From assembly GCA_030264375.1 (NCBI GenBank), contig JASCQW010000146.1, positions 23,694,115 to 23,758,114 of the forward strand: a stretch of DNA of 64,000 nt, written 5' to 3'. This document shows positions 20,436 through 33,582 of the stretch, in pieces. The translations under genes and the position numbers were made by a program. Under the pieces are notes generated by a model. It had not been told where the DNA came from. It ran no database searches and saw nothing but the letters and a program-made list of their open reading frames with translations. This stretch comes from Carcharhinus longimanus. Its lineage: Eukaryota. The first letter of the stretch is position 1; each line of letters starts with the position of its first letter.

Positions 20436-22619
20436 TGCCACCCCACACCCGCCATACATTTTCCCAAATAAGGCATTCTAGTCAAAGACAAAAACATGCA
20501 TTTACATGGCATCTTCAATGCATTATAAAACAAGTGACAGCGAGCCACATATTAGGGATGTTAGGGCAGATGACCACAAGTTGGAACAATAATTGTAAGG
20601 AGTATCTCAAAGGAGGAAAGCAAAGGAGAGAGGCAGAGGGAGAAAGTGCTTAGGACCCAGCCAGCTAAAGATACAATTGCCAGTGTTGGAAGAATCAAAA
20701 CTGGGGATACTCAAGAATGCATCGTTAGAATAGCACAACTATCTCAGAGAGTCATAGGCTTGAGCAGATTTCAGGAAAATGAGCAAGGGAAAGCCACAAA
20801 GGGATTGCTAAACAAAGAGGAGGATGATAAATTGAGGCATTGCTTAATCAGCAGTCATCAATATATGTGACGATGGAGAATATGGAATGATAGGAAATTC
20901 CCCAGCGCTTCCAACCTACATTCTCCTCAAGCTGTGGATCAAAGGATTTACACCTGCTTCTCTATAACCCTTAACTTCCAGCAGTATTTTCTGTATCAGT
21001 CTTAACAATTCCAATCTTAACAAGTTCAATGGATGGATTTGCCCACAAATATTAGTGAAAAAAATCTAAAATAATGAAGGGAACCAAAACATTAGCATTT
21101 GTTGCTGCTGAGCACATTATCACCAGTGGTGAAGAAATCCTTGATGATCTGGTAGTTGGTTATATTTGAGTCTTTCCAGTTTATGAAAAGCTAACACAAC
21201 CTTAATTCAATGGGATCTCAGAAGGCAAACCATTGTTTGCACTAATAAGATGTTTGCACTTATTTGGAAAGGTTCTCCATAGATGCTGCCTGACGGTTTG
21301 AGCTTTTCCAGCACTTTCTTTGATCTTACTTGATTTCCAACATCCACGGTATTTTGATTTGTATTTTGAAAGATAATGTCCCAGTTACAGTGACAGGCAA
21401 GGGAACATGTTAACACACTGACATGCCAGCATTGCACTGCACATTTTCATCCCATAAAGCCTTAATTTCCAATTGATTTTCTGGATGAATTTTGCAAATA
21501 TGCAGAGTGGACCATACTTTTTACATCAATTTTCTTCCACCTCTCCTTGGTTCTCGTTGGGTACAGTTCCACAGCTACCAGACACACTCTTGAGGCATTC
21601 GAGGTCTTGTCTGCTGGCTGAACAGCCAGTGAGAGATCTGTGCTGCCTCTTTATCAGAAGGCTCACCAAACCACAAGCCAATCATTGGCTAGACCAATGG
21701 GAAGTTTTCCCAATTGGGAAGCTGGGAGCTGCTGGCCAGAGCCCTCAGCAGTACCACTGCTGCCAGACATCAGAGTCCAAGGATCGTGGAGTGGCCCAGG
21801 GTAGGTAATATGGGAAATGACATGTTGCAGAAGGTGGTGGGGGGGGGGGGGGGGGGGTGGTGGTGTAGGGGCTGGGCACCACGGCCNNNNNNNNNNNNNN
21901 NNNNNNNNNNNNNNNNNNNNNNNNNNNNNNNNNNNNNNNNNNNNNNNNNNNNNNNNNNNNNNNNNNNNNNNNNNNNNNNNNNNNNNGGGGGGGGGGGGGG
22001 GGGGCTGGAGGGGCGGGGCAGCAAGGCCAGAGGTCAGCTCTCAGCAGTTCCCTCACCCCTCCCCCCTACCCAGTATTGAATCTCTCAAACAAGCAGCCCG
22101 TAATGGTTTGCCTGTCATGGTTTCAACATGAAGACGGGCCACCTGTAGCTGCATTAACACCAGCATCGGAAGGATGATGCCCTCATGGTCATTAATTGGC
22201 CTCTTAAGGGCCTCAATTGGCGGCAGGCTGGGAAAGTCGACCATGGGCCTTCCCACCCAGATCTTAATGCAGGCAGGGGCAGAAAGATGGTGGGGTTCGA
22301 TTGCATCGCCAAACTGCCAGAGTAAACGTCTTTCCCTCCTCCACGCTCACCACGAGGGAGAGCACAAGATTCCTCCCTCTGACACAAACAAAGTAACTAA
22401 GCCTGATCTTGTCCTCATCTGACACCCTTACTGATACACTTCTGGTAGATCGTTCAGTAACAATCAGGAGCTGGAATCCTGATCAAGTTACCCCTCCCTA
22501 ACTCAGGAATTCTTGAACCATTTGTACCACTCATAAAATCTTGCAAACTGAGATCAATTAATACAGCATTATTTAGGGACCTTCATGCTTTACAGATTAT
22601 TGGCATGGTTGCTGGTTTC

Positions 22620-23712
22620 TGATATGTTTGACCTACCTTACCTAGAGAGACTGTGGTCTTACTCAGGTACTTGCTTTATACTGGTTTATTAACATGATGT
22701 ATAAGTAACTATACACCCAGTGATATAGTAATAGATCATAATCATGTTGGATCTCAAACAATGACGAGACGCAGTAAAAGAAAGAGATAGATATTCTGGT
22801 GAACTAGTGCAATGGCAATAATCTATCTCTCAATGTTAACAAAATGAAAGAGATGGTCATCGACTTCAGGATGTGTAGTGGAGGACATACCCCCGTCTAC
22901 ATTAATGGGGATGAAGTGGAAATGGTCGAGATGTCCAGATCACCAACAACCTATCCTGCTCCCTCCACATTTATGCTATAGTTAAGAAAGCCCGCCAAAG
23001 CCTTTACTTTCTTAAGAGACTAAGAAAATTTGGCATGTCCGTTATGACTCTCACCAATTTTTACAGATGCACCATTGAGGGCATCCTTTCCAGATGTAAA
23101 ACAGCTTGGTCAGGCTCCTGTCTGACCAAGAACGTAAAAAACTACAAAGGCTGGTGAACATAGCCCAGTCCTTCATGCAAACCAGCCTTCCATCCATTGA
23201 TTCTGTCTATACTTCCCGTAGCCTCAGAAAAGCAGCCAGCATAATCAAGGACCCCACACACCCCGGTCATACTTTCTTCCACCTTCTTCCAACAGGAAAA
23301 AGGTAGAAAAGTCTGAGATTACATACCAACCGACTCAAGAATAGCTTCTTCCTTGCCGTCATCAGACTTTTGAATGAACCTATTATATATTAAGCTGATC
23401 TTTCTCTACACCCTATCAGTGACAGCAATACTATATTCTGCACCTCTCCTTTTCTTCTCCCTTATACACTCCATGAATGGTATGTTTTGTCTGCAGAGTG
23501 CCCAAGAAACAATACCTTTCATTGTATCCCAAAACATGTGAAAATATTAAATCAAATCAATACAAAAAAGATTTGTGGCAGAATCTCTTGAATTCAGTGT
23601 ATTCCATATTTTCTTCCTCTCTCTCTCTTTCTCTTGAGTCCAGCTCATAACAGTTTATGTCATTGATCCATCAATCATTAGCATATCCATTCTGATAACC
23701 CATTACACTACA
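22620..23712 (-). mobile_element. Probable solo LTR interrupted by a Rex1/Babar LINE
   Basis: TG..CA termini; flanks TTTC / CTTC (near-TSD); minus-strand AATAAA at ~22685-22690. Confidence 0.4.
22746..23561 (+). mobile_element. Rex1/Babar-clade LINE, 5'-truncated
   Basis: Degenerate NNLSLNVNKMKEMVIDFR..YFLKRLRKFGMSVMTLTNFYRCTIEGIL and AASIIKDPTHPGH motifs; (AAATC)n tail. Confidence 0.85.
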
Positions 23713-24096
23713 CTTCTGGTCTTTATGGCTTAAGTACTCATTGAACAAGTATAGTTAAGTATAGGAGGGTCCCATTAAATTAATTTTTATTGTCTGGATG
23801 AACGTTAGTTGAATTCAGTTGGTACTACACAAGTATCTACATAGTCAGTCTTCTCATGGATGCACTGAACATTATTTCTTTTAAACTCAATGGGGTAAAG
23901 GAGAAACAGTTTGCCCCACTGAGTTTTGCTATACAGAGTCAGGTGCGGATCAATGCAAAATTCCTCAATTTGTTGGAAATGCCATCATAGGTTTAATACC
24001 ATGAAATGGGACTCACACATTGCATTTTTCCCACTAACCTTACTACATTTTAAAGCAAGGTATTCACTAGAGAGAGGTAGGTAACCTGATACTAAC

Positions 24097-24182
24097 AGCA
24101 TTCTTCAATCCATTAAGGTTGGGTGTCTTTAAGAGCAGAGCATCGAAAACTTCATCTGACTCCCTTCGTACATATAACAGCA
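24097..24182 (-). CDS. GRHL3: GRHL3 coding exon (86 nt)
   Basis: TTCCTTTCTAG|(V)[28 protein letters not shown]|GTTAGT; phase 1 to 0. Confidence 0.97.
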
Positions 24183-25140
24183 CTAGAAAGGAATTTAAAA
24201 ATATATTAATTATATTAAAATTTATACTTGATCATTACTTATCCCATTTTTCAAGGAAAACCATGCAAAGCGAAGAGTCAGTATCAATATATTATCTTTA
24301 CACATGATATATAATTATAGAATTGCTCCATATCATTGTTCATTAAAAGTTTAAAAATGCAGAAGAATTTGAGAATTGCAATAACTTACAGAACTACCCA
24401 ATATTCCAATAACCTTTATCAAGTGATTTTCTATATTTTACAACAAAAATGATTACGGCTCAATGTTTATTCTGTGCTTAGTTGCATTAAGTTTGACACA
24501 CTTAATAATGGATCTACATTGTACGCTGCAGCATTTTAATTTAAAATACATAAGCATAGGATTCGTTCATTCCTAATAAATAAGGGTTTTGATGACAGTC
24601 TCTATTTTTAATTAATTACACCATGAGGGAGTTTGCTTCTTGACCTATGACCCATATATGAGATTATATTAAATGATATGAATCTATTATTCATCATATA
24701 AAACCAACAGAGATTTCAAACAAAGCACACTACTTTATATTCTGCAACCTTCAAACACTAAAAAAAGAATTATACTCTCTGGATATTTATTCCCAAGTTA
24801 GAGGTATGAATATAAAATTATCTGGAGAGAAGTTCATCCTACACAGGAATTTGAATATTTTGATTTTTTTATAATGCATAAACAGTGTAATTCGTTTCTA
24901 CTTTAGAAAGATATAGCACTAATTGATACCAAGGGATGGGTTATTTTCAGTAATATTTTGATAACTATTCAGTTCAGTTTTCATGTGGGCACATTCATTT
25001 TTATGATAGTATTCATGAAGTTTTGAGTAGTTTTAAATTTTGATCATAATGAGCTCTCAAAAATATAAGTGTTATGAAACAGCCATGTCAGAAGGTAATG
25101 TAACCCATTAACCCTCACACACCACCCAAGAGCAACAGCC

Positions 25141-26391
25141 AGGCCTGGGTTTTTGCAATGACAGAGAAAATCCAGAAATCCTGACCCCCAAGACAGCACC
25201 TACCATTTTTAAAGGGGAGAGATTGGGCCCAGGTCAGAATTTGCACATGTATTTCACAGAGACTGTAGCCCATATAAGTCAACAACTGCCACCTATCATG
25301 TCTAAGTCTGGCAATCCAGCTGTGTGAAAGATGACATGTGCAGATCAGATTGATAGGAGCAGATTTGTGGAATCCATTGGAGAGGTAGGGTACCTTTGGA
25401 TACGGTCCCGGGACAGCTTTGGGTGAGGTCAGGTTCTTCTTGGGTGAGGTAAGATGTCTCTTTGTTTTGTTAAATATTAGCATGAATGTGCATGAACCCA
25501 TTTACCGTCATGCCCATTGGACCTGTCAAAAATTGTCAAAATGAACTGTCAAAGGCAACTGTCAAAAATACCTGTCGAGATATTTAATATTCCCATCCTT
25601 TAAAACTTTAAAAAATGTCGCGTATTTTTTTTAAAAGTGCTTGCTATTTAACTCTTGTGTGTTGATATAACCCTAGGAATTTCCATTCCTGGATCAGTGC
25701 AGCATGACTGATTTCATATACCTTCTATCATTAAAGCAGGGTGCTTTGACATTTCACAGTTTTATTAACAATTCTAAGTGGTTGAAAACTCTTTGAAGTG
25801 GGATTATGAATTCTGATGCTAAATGTTATAAGGGATTATGCACTTGAATTAAATATTTATTCTGAAAAGGGACTTTGCAGTTGAAGGATGAAAATGCCAT
25901 GAATTGGTTTTTATGAATGAGTTTTTTAAAAATCTGCATTAGAGACTTAGAATTTCATTTTGTTTCATTTCAGCATGGCTCCTGAGATCCGCCCACGGTG
26001 GACACTGGGTAAGTTGTCATTGTTGATATAACAGCAAAGTATGGTGGGTGGGAGGCATGGATTGGTATGAGTTAGTCTTAAGTTGGAAAAGATAAAGGGC
26101 CAAGGGGTTGGCAGGAGTGGCATAGGTTGGCATAAAGGATACAAGGGACCAAGGAGAAGGGGGATGAAGGGCATGAAGTTGTTTTATGCTTTACTGTCCT
26201 TTTTTAAAAACTTAACAGCAGTGCCAGACCACAGAGGCAGGCATTCCACCTAACCCGCCTCTGCATTCATCCTGGGGTTCACCCCAGAAGGAAAATTCCA
26301 ATTTCCAGCATACTTTCTCCAGGATCGGATTTCCAGAGCTGGGCAACATCTCAGCTATGTGTTCCCAATCCAAGAGCGGAAATCCAGGCCT
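25141..26391. mobile_element. Old non-autonomous DNA transposon (~1.25 kb)
   Basis: Imperfect TIR AGGCCTGGGTTT / GGAAATCCAGGCCT; no coding capacity. Confidence 0.45.
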
Positions 26392-26459
26392 CGGAATGGT
26401 AACAGAGCTCAAGATGATGAAATGAAATCCCAGCAACAGGTACTAAAATACAACACCAT

Positions 26460-26797
26460 AGCATTGTGTAGTAGTCTTGTCACTGGACTAGTAATCCAGA
26501 GACCCAAGGCGATTCTCTGGGGACCCGGGTTTGAACCCCACCTTGGCAGATGGTGAAATTTGAATTCAATTAAAAAAAAACTTGGAATTAAAAGTCTAAT
26601 GATGACCATGAAAAGACTGTCACTTGTTGTAAAAGCCCACCTGGCTTACTAATGTCTTTTAGGAAAGGAAATCCACTGTGCTGTGGGTGATTCCAGACCC
26701 ACAGCATTATGGTTGACTCTTAAATATCCTTAGGAATGGGCAATAAATGCTGGCCCAGCCAGTATCGCCCACATTCCATGAATGAATTAAAAGAAAA
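26460..26797 (+). mobile_element. tRNA-derived SINE with a CR1-like tail (called family A here)
   Basis: Head GTCACTGGACTAGTAATCCAGAG..GGTTTGAACCC (B box); tail GGGCAATAAATGCTGGCCCAGCCAG..CCCACAT. Confidence 0.85.
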
Positions 26798-27147
26798 GGA
26801 GCTAATTGCCCTTTTAAGTGCCTTAATTGGCTCCCTGATGCTGCCATGTGGATAGCCACAGCTATCGATAGCAGTCTCCAGGGAAGTGCAGAAAGGTGGG
26901 AGAACATTGGGAAACTAGCCAATATGTATTGTTCCAAATTTCTACGCTGCCCCAGTCATCTCCAACCCTGGGGGCTGGGAAAATTCAGCCCAATACGATA
27001 TTGGATTTAGCTCTGTTGAACTTTGCTTTTCTTGTGGCCTCAATAGACTTTCGCCTAATGAATGTATCTCTGCAACCACTATTGCTACTGTCAGTATAAT
27101 TCCATGATGTTTTGCTCTTGCTTCAATTTATGGGCCTTCAAAAATCC

Positions 27148-27273
27148 GGGCCGGAATTTTACTGCCCCACCGTCATGGGAATCGGAGCAGGCAAGGGGCG
27201 GACAATGGAAAGCTCTGTTGACTTAGGATGGGATTTTATGATCTTGGGACAAGCAAAGCGTAAAATCCCGCCC
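27148..27273. mobile_element. Short MITE-like element
   Basis: TIR GGGCCGGAATTTTAC / GTAAAATCCCGCCC; same family at 43429-43556 and 40101-40209. Confidence 0.7.
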
Positions 27274-28476
27274 AAGGAGTTTGAAATGTCCAGCAGTTTA
27301 AGAAAGTATTTATGAGTTAATTTTAAGACATTTACAAGCCTTCAGATTTTGAACTTATGGCTTCATCAAAACTAGCTGTCTATTTGGTTCCTTCTGATTT
27401 TTATTATGTTTGTTGTTAAAAGTCACAAATCAAATCCAGACGTATTTCCCAATCTTTATTTTAAACAGTAATTTGCATTATCAGATAGTTATTTAATAAC
27501 GAAGCATAGACAAAAACACTAATTCTACTTTACCTGGTAACTGGGGAAGGTCTGTAAATTAGTGAGTATAAAACTCAGTTGGATTGTTTAGCAAGAAAGC
27601 TATTGAATACTTGGCCTAATCTGCCTCTGACAGGTATCACGGTTTCTGATTACATTACTGTTTAGTTTGGAGCTGCTTGCAGGGAAACAAATGAAAACTG
27701 TCTCTTTTAGTGATCCATTAGATCTATAAAAGCTACAGTATCCCATTGTTGCCTCTGCCATGCTACCCCTGAAACTTGGGCTACCATGCATGGTAACATT
27801 TTATACATGTTATCGGACTTTAAAATTAATGGTGGTTCAATCCAAGCAACTGCTCTAGATGCCATTGTTTTAAACTGAACAAGGGCGCAAATCTGTATCT
27901 TAACCCAGTCTATCTCTAGCAGGTCCTTTAAATAACAGAGGGAGCTTGTGACACATTCCTGTTTGACACCAGTCTTCAGAAAATAGGTACAGTTAGGCTG
28001 CCAGGCAGGGGCCTAATTTACATTCAAAAGTGAATATCCGCTGACGAAGGCCAAACTGACAGCTAGAATTGACGAGACTCAGTATGTAGGCACTAAAGAT
28101 CAAGGTAAATATTTTCACTGAGCATTCCTTTTTGTGGATTCGTGGTGGGTCAGGAGAAGTAGGAGAGCTTCACACATGCTTTGGCCTTCTTAGCTCTCGT
28201 CTTTCCCAGCGATGGCATCTCCTCTCAAATCCCAACTTTAAGTACACATTCCTTCCATGGCTTCCTAATGGCTCTCTCACACAGATTTCCGGCCCTGCTT
28301 ACTGACCCTGAAGCAACTCCTGCCAACTTGGGGACAGGAAGTAGGGGTAATACTGAATTAATTCAACTGGGGCCCAGGAGTAAAATGGCCAAGGCAAAGC
28401 AAATCTTTGCCAGAGCGTCCCTCTCACTCTGTACTCTGCCACTCTGAGCAGGTGTTAAAGACAATTTTGGTTGTAC

Positions 28477-28565
28477 CTCTTTCTGGTTCACAAAGCCTGG
28501 CTTGTTTGGCTGGTGGGTTCAATTCATCTTTGTAGAGAATCTTGTTTTCCCTTTTCATTGGAAAC
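28477..28565 (-). CDS. GRHL3: GRHL3 coding exon (89 nt)
   Basis: TTTTACCATGCAG|(R)FPMKRENKILYKDELNPPAKQARLCEPER|GTACAA; resembles human RLPLKR..PSKQAK..QR; phase 2 to 1. Confidence 0.88.
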
Positions 28566-29299
28566 CTGCATGGTAAAAGCATGCGATTAGGAGTGATAAA
28601 CAATACTGTCAAATGTCACATCAGAATGCAATTATGGGCACATTGTGGTCAATTCAAAATTCTATTATCCAAATATATTCTAGGCATGTGCGCAATGCAA
28701 GTTGAGATTTCAAGCACCTGATGTGATTTTAGATATTTAGAGTAAATCTGATTTTTTTTTTAAAAAAGGGCTTCATCTCACTGCAATTCTTGGTTCGGTA
28801 TGTTGGTCACCAGTCAAATGTACCCCAGACCTTCTCATCAGATTGAAACAGAAATGCCTGTCCTGAGTGGCATCCTTTGCTGCATCAGTGTAGAATGGGA
28901 GTACACTAAGTATTGTCCTTAACTGAGTCTACAGGAGGATTTTATATAATCTAGGTGAATTATTCTTAATGGTGCCTGTTGCAAGGTGTATCCTTTTAAT
29001 TTTGTATGGAGAGTACATGTGCAATGATATAATACGAGCCTTCAGTGTATTTACACTGTAACTACCCAGCAGAGACTGGTAACTAGTATTCAGGTTCAGT
29101 CAGGCTGAATCCTGTTTCCATTGATTGATTTCTGCCTGGTTGGATCCTGTTTACGAGAAGGCTCTGTAAACACCTGGATGCATGATTGTCTCTTAACATT
29201 AGAAATGTAAATGTTTGCGGAACAGGTGGGAGAGAAATCCTTGATGCGTTTAGATTGAGGTTATTGCAAATAGTCACAACAGTTGCTCCCTCCAGCACT

Positions 29300-29870
29300 G
29301 GTTCACCGTGGTTGCAGTGTGTAGGATGCAGGTTGCCAAGGCTTCTTCAGTAACAAGCCACAGCCTCCATCAGAAGAATAAGGCTCGTAGATGCAGGGGA
29401 TCACCATCACCTGCAAGTTTGCCTTCAAATCACAGAGCACCTTGACTTGGACATATATCACTGTTCCTTCATTAGTGCTGGGTTTAAATGCAGAAATCTC
29501 AGGAACAGGTATAAACTAAAAGCACACCCGGTCACAAAGTTCTTCAGGGTAGTGTCCAATATCTTCAGTTGCTTTGTCAATGAGCTTCTTTCCAACAGTA
29601 GGTCAGAAGTGGGATGTCTGCTGATGATTACACAATGTTGAGCACCATTCGCGACTCCTCAGATGCTGAAACAGTTCATGTCCAAAAGCAGCAAGACCTG
29701 GACAATATCCAGGTTTGGGCTGACAAGTGGTAAGTAACATGCATGCCACACAAGTGCCAAACAATGACCATCTTCAGCAAGAGAGAACCTAATCATTGTC
29801 CTTTGCCATTCAATGGCATTACCATTACTGAATCCCCAGTTTCAACATTCTGTGGGTTACTGTTGGCCAG
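29300..29870 (+). mobile_element. CR1-like LINE fragments
   Basis: 3' UTR-like piece similar to 9530-9660, plus an RT piece (QQDLDNIQVWADKW..MPHKCQTMTI). Confidence 0.75.
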
Positions 29871-29878
29871 AATGATAT

Positions 29879-30135
29879 GGGGGATGCAATGGCTAAATGG
29901 TATTATTGCTAGAATATTAATCAAGAAACTCAGCTAATGTCCTGGGACTTAGGTTTGAATCCCACCATGGCAGATGGTGGAATTTGAATTCAATAAAAAT
30001 AAAATCTGGAATTAAGAATCTACTGATGATGATGAAGCCATTGTTGATTGTTGGAAAAATCCATCTGGTTTACCAATGCCCTTTAGGGAAGGATAACTAC
30101 CGTCCTTACCTGGTCTGGCCTACATGTGACTTCAG
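29879..30135 (+). mobile_element. Family A tRNA-SINE, 5' part
   Basis: GGTTTGAATCCCACCATGGCAGATGGTGGAATTTGAATTC, similar to 26460-26797. Confidence 0.8.
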
Positions 30136-30315
30136 AGCCTTCACGGAGGAGGACGTGAATAATTTGCCGGGTGTTAGCGATGGAAAGGTGGTAGGACTGG
30201 AGGGTCTTAATGACANNNNNNNNNNNNNNNNNNNNNNNNNNNNNNNNNNNNNNNNNNNNNNNNNNNNNNNNNNNNNNNNNNNNNNNNNNNNNNNNNNNNN
30301 NNNNNNNNNNNNNNN

Positions 30316-30596
30316 CCGCCTGTGTGGAGTTTGCACATTCTCCCTGTGTCTGAATGGGTTTACTCCGGATGCTCCGGTTTCCTCCCACCGTCCAAGGGTG
30401 TGCAGGTTAACTGGATTTGCCATGCTAAATTGTCTCTTAATTTGTAGGTTCAGCGGATTAGTGGGGTAAATGTGTGGTGTAATGGGGATAGGCAGGGGGT
30501 GGGTGGGCCTGGATAAGATGCTCTGTCAAAGAGTCTGTGCAGATTCAATGGGCCGAATGGCCTCCTTCTGCACTGTAGAGATTCTGTGATTCTATG
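30316..30596 (+). mobile_element. HE1-type V-SINE (5' end lost in the gap)
   Basis: V-domain GTGTGGAGTTTGCACATTCTCCCTGTGTCTG and GATTCT(A/G)TG tail. Confidence 0.85.
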
Positions 30597-30884
30597 CTTC
30601 TCTGATCAACGTATTCTTGGGGTAACCTGGGACGGGCAGTAAATTTTTCCACCTTTTCTAATTTTCTAAATTTCTTAAAAAGGAGGAACATGCTAGGATA
30701 TGGATGAGATTGAGGGAGTGGCAGAATGTGAATTGTTCCTTAAGAAAGGCAGCATGAACACATGGATTGAATGATTGTTTTCTGTGCTGTAATGATCCTA
30801 TGATTCAGTAAAGGAACCAAGAGTTAAGGGGATAAGTGGGAAAGTGGAGTTGAGGATTACAATATATTGGTCCAACAATGAGGA

Positions 30885-31193
30885 GGACTAGTAATCCAGA
30901 GACCCAGGGTAACGCTCCAGCGTCCCAGGTTCAAATCCTACTACTGCTGATGGTGAAATTTGAATCCAATAAAAATCTGGAATTAAAAATCTAATAACGA
31001 CCATGAAACCATTGTCGATTGTTGTAAAAGCCTACCTGGTTAACTAAAGCCCTTGTCGAAAATACCCTTATCTGGTGTGGCGAGATGCACAGCAATGTGG
31101 TTCACTCTTAACTACCCCCTCTAAGGCAATTAGAGATGGACAACAAATGCTGTCCTGGCCAGCGATGCCCACATCCCACAAATGAATAAAAAA
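30885..31193 (+). mobile_element. Family A tRNA-SINE
   Basis: GGACTAGTAATCCAGAGACCCAGG..GGCCAGCGATGCCCACATCCC..AATAAAAAA. Confidence 0.85.
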
Positions 31194-32580
31194 GTCATGA
31201 TCTCTTTCAATGAGAAGAATTCAATTCTCGTTGAATGGCAGAGCAGACCGGATGGGCCAAATGGCTTACTTCTGCCCTTACATGTTATGATTTTATGAAT
31301 GCTGGCATTGTCAGTGATGCCCGCATTGCAAAAATAAATCTCCCTTCAGCCAGCGGAAGTGATATGACCCTATCCCTTCCAGTCTCACTTTGCTCTGCTC
31401 TGGCATCAGCTCAGGCTCTGAGCTCACATTTGCACTGTTCCTTTCACATCCGTGCAGAGCTGAAGTTACTTCATAGCAAACTGACAGTGTAAATGGACCC
31501 TTTGTCTCCATCAAGAGCTGCTTTAATCTTTTAATTAAACCACAAAAAAAACTATAATACATTTTCGTAAACTGTTTAATCTACAGTCTTGCCTGTGGCC
31601 TAACAGAACTGTCGAACACTTTCAGCATGAGTTGTGTGGCTGAAACTGAAACTGTGCTTAAAATTAAAAATAAAATCAAAGCAGCATGATATATAATAAC
31701 TCTCACCCGAAACACGGGTAAAAAATATTTCAACCTCAGGTTTCAGCTGGAGGTGTTTATAACAGGTCTGGCTGCCCTTTCTGTTTCACTCTCATAACTC
31801 ACAACTGTGACTTGTTCTGAAATTTATTTTAAAAATAATTCCCAAATGTGGACAGCCTTATACAGTTGCTCCACTGTTTATCTTCAGTGGCCATTATCTT
31901 AACTGTGCAGTTCAACGATGGCACAGTTATTCATAGAAGAACAAAATAACAATTTGTAGCTGCGAATTAATCTGTGATGACGGCGGTTTTAAGTTCCAGA
32001 GTTAATTGAAAGCTTGCGGTAAGATTTGGAGGATTAGTTAGTCTTTTGGGCTGACATTCGACTCATTCACCTGACTTCATAAAACATATCCAGCGATTAA
32101 TACTAAAAGATGAATGTTCCATCATTTACATTGACATATTTTTCAGTGTAATTACCTTTTTCGCTGTTTCTATTCTGAAGCCGTTTTGTGCACGTTAAGC
32201 TTTGACATGCACACAGAGTCAGATGAAAAGTTTGCCCATCAGTTAAAAAGGACTTTGAATTTATCGAGTACCCTTCAAAAGCTAATGATGTCCCAAAGCG
32301 TTTTACAACCAATTAAGTTCTTCTGAAGTGTAATGTAAGAACGTTAAATTCCACTGTCCCCTGTAGGAGATGGTGTCAGTACATAAAGTAATTTGAAATT
32401 TCCTTTATGGCGCTGTCAAAGGCTCTCTAATTATCGAATTGCTGAATGGAGGCGTATCGCAAGGTTCCTCTGAATTATAGTGAGGTACCTCATTATCAAC
32501 CACATACATACACATAGCACCATCAACATGGAAAACTATCCCCAAAGCACTTCACAACTTCAGAGTAAACAAAAACTTAC

Positions 32581-32618
32581 CTCTCAGGATTTGTGACTTC
32601 ACAACTCATTGAATGCCC
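32581..32618 (-). CDS. GRHL3: GRHL3 small coding exon (38 nt)
   Basis: Strong sites TTTACTTTATTTTTCAG|GHSMSCEVTNPE(R)|GTAAGT. Its length (3n+2) supplies exactly the phase needed between the 140-nt and 89-nt exons. The peptide itself is not recognisably conserved. Confidence 0.8.
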
Positions 32619-32734
32619 CTGAAAAATAAAGTAAATTAATATAATTTTCCAAGTATTATTCAGGGTACTTTAAAAATAATAGCAGTTACTACTAACGTTA
32701 AAAGAGGATTTTGGAAAGCAACTTTGCAAAGATA

Positions 32735-32986
32735 TTTCTCCTCATTTGCATGGGTTTCCTCCGGGTGCTCCAGTTTCCTCCCACACTCCAAAGATGTGCA
32801 GGTTAGGAGGATTGGCCATGCTAAATTTCTCCTTAGTGTCCCAAGGTATGTCGGTTAGGGATATTAACAGGGTAGATGCATGGGGTTACGAAGATAGGGC
32901 AGGGGAGTGGACCTGAGTGAGATGCTGAGTTGATGCAGACTCAATGGGCTGAACGGCCTCCTTGTGCACTATAGAGATTCTATGAT
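32735..32986 (+). mobile_element. HE1-type V-SINE, 5'-truncated
   Basis: GGGTTTCCTCCGGGTGCTCCAGTTTCCTCCCAC and GATTCTATGA tail. Confidence 0.85.
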
Positions 32987-33144
32987 CTCAGTCCAAAAGG
33001 GCCAACATTAAACTTGGGTTCTGGACTTTTGATCAGTTAGAAGGGAAACATCTTCCTAGTTTCTACCCTGGCAAATAGCTGAAGAGTTTCATATGTTTCA
33101 TCTGATCGCCTCTCACTCTTCCAAACATTAGAGGAAAAGGCCTC

Positions 33145-33275
33145 GGGCAGTATTTTCCAGCCTGACCAACGCCAAGATCATCTAGTCCCACCGAACATCA
33201 ATGTACATTTGGTTGAGCCACTGCTTGCTGTCCTACAGCGGGTCCCGCTACGACAAGGGCTGGAAAATCCTGGCC
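33145..33275. mobile_element. Short MITE-like element
   Basis: TIR GGGCAGTATTTTCCAGCC / GGCTGGAAAATCCTGGCC. Confidence 0.65.
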
Positions 33276-33582
33276 TTCATCTACTCCATTAGGAGCTGGA
33301 TGGTAACATATATATATGTATGCTCAGTCTCCAACCACAGTGCAAAAACTAACTTGAAAACAAGATGTGGCTCAAATGGTCCATTCATCACATAGGATTA
33401 CATCCAGTTTATGGACCAAGGAAGTCAGCTTGATTCCCAGGTTCACGTTGCACTGCCTAATCTCTATTGAGTCAATAGTAAAGGCATGAAAGTTGGCCTC
33501 TGGAGTCAAGGAAGTATTCTCATCTTCAGGCTAGGAAACAATGCAATGTACCCCTTTGGAAAGTCAACAGCGACAACAGGCT

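Noticed and set aside
21836-22003. Poly-G runs giving Gly/Pro homopolymer ORFs
   Set aside because: Homopolymers flanking a gap; their lengths are unreliable.
26460-26545. tRNA-like A/B box sequences (also in other SINE heads)
   Set aside because: These are SINE promoters followed by SINE bodies, not tRNA genes.
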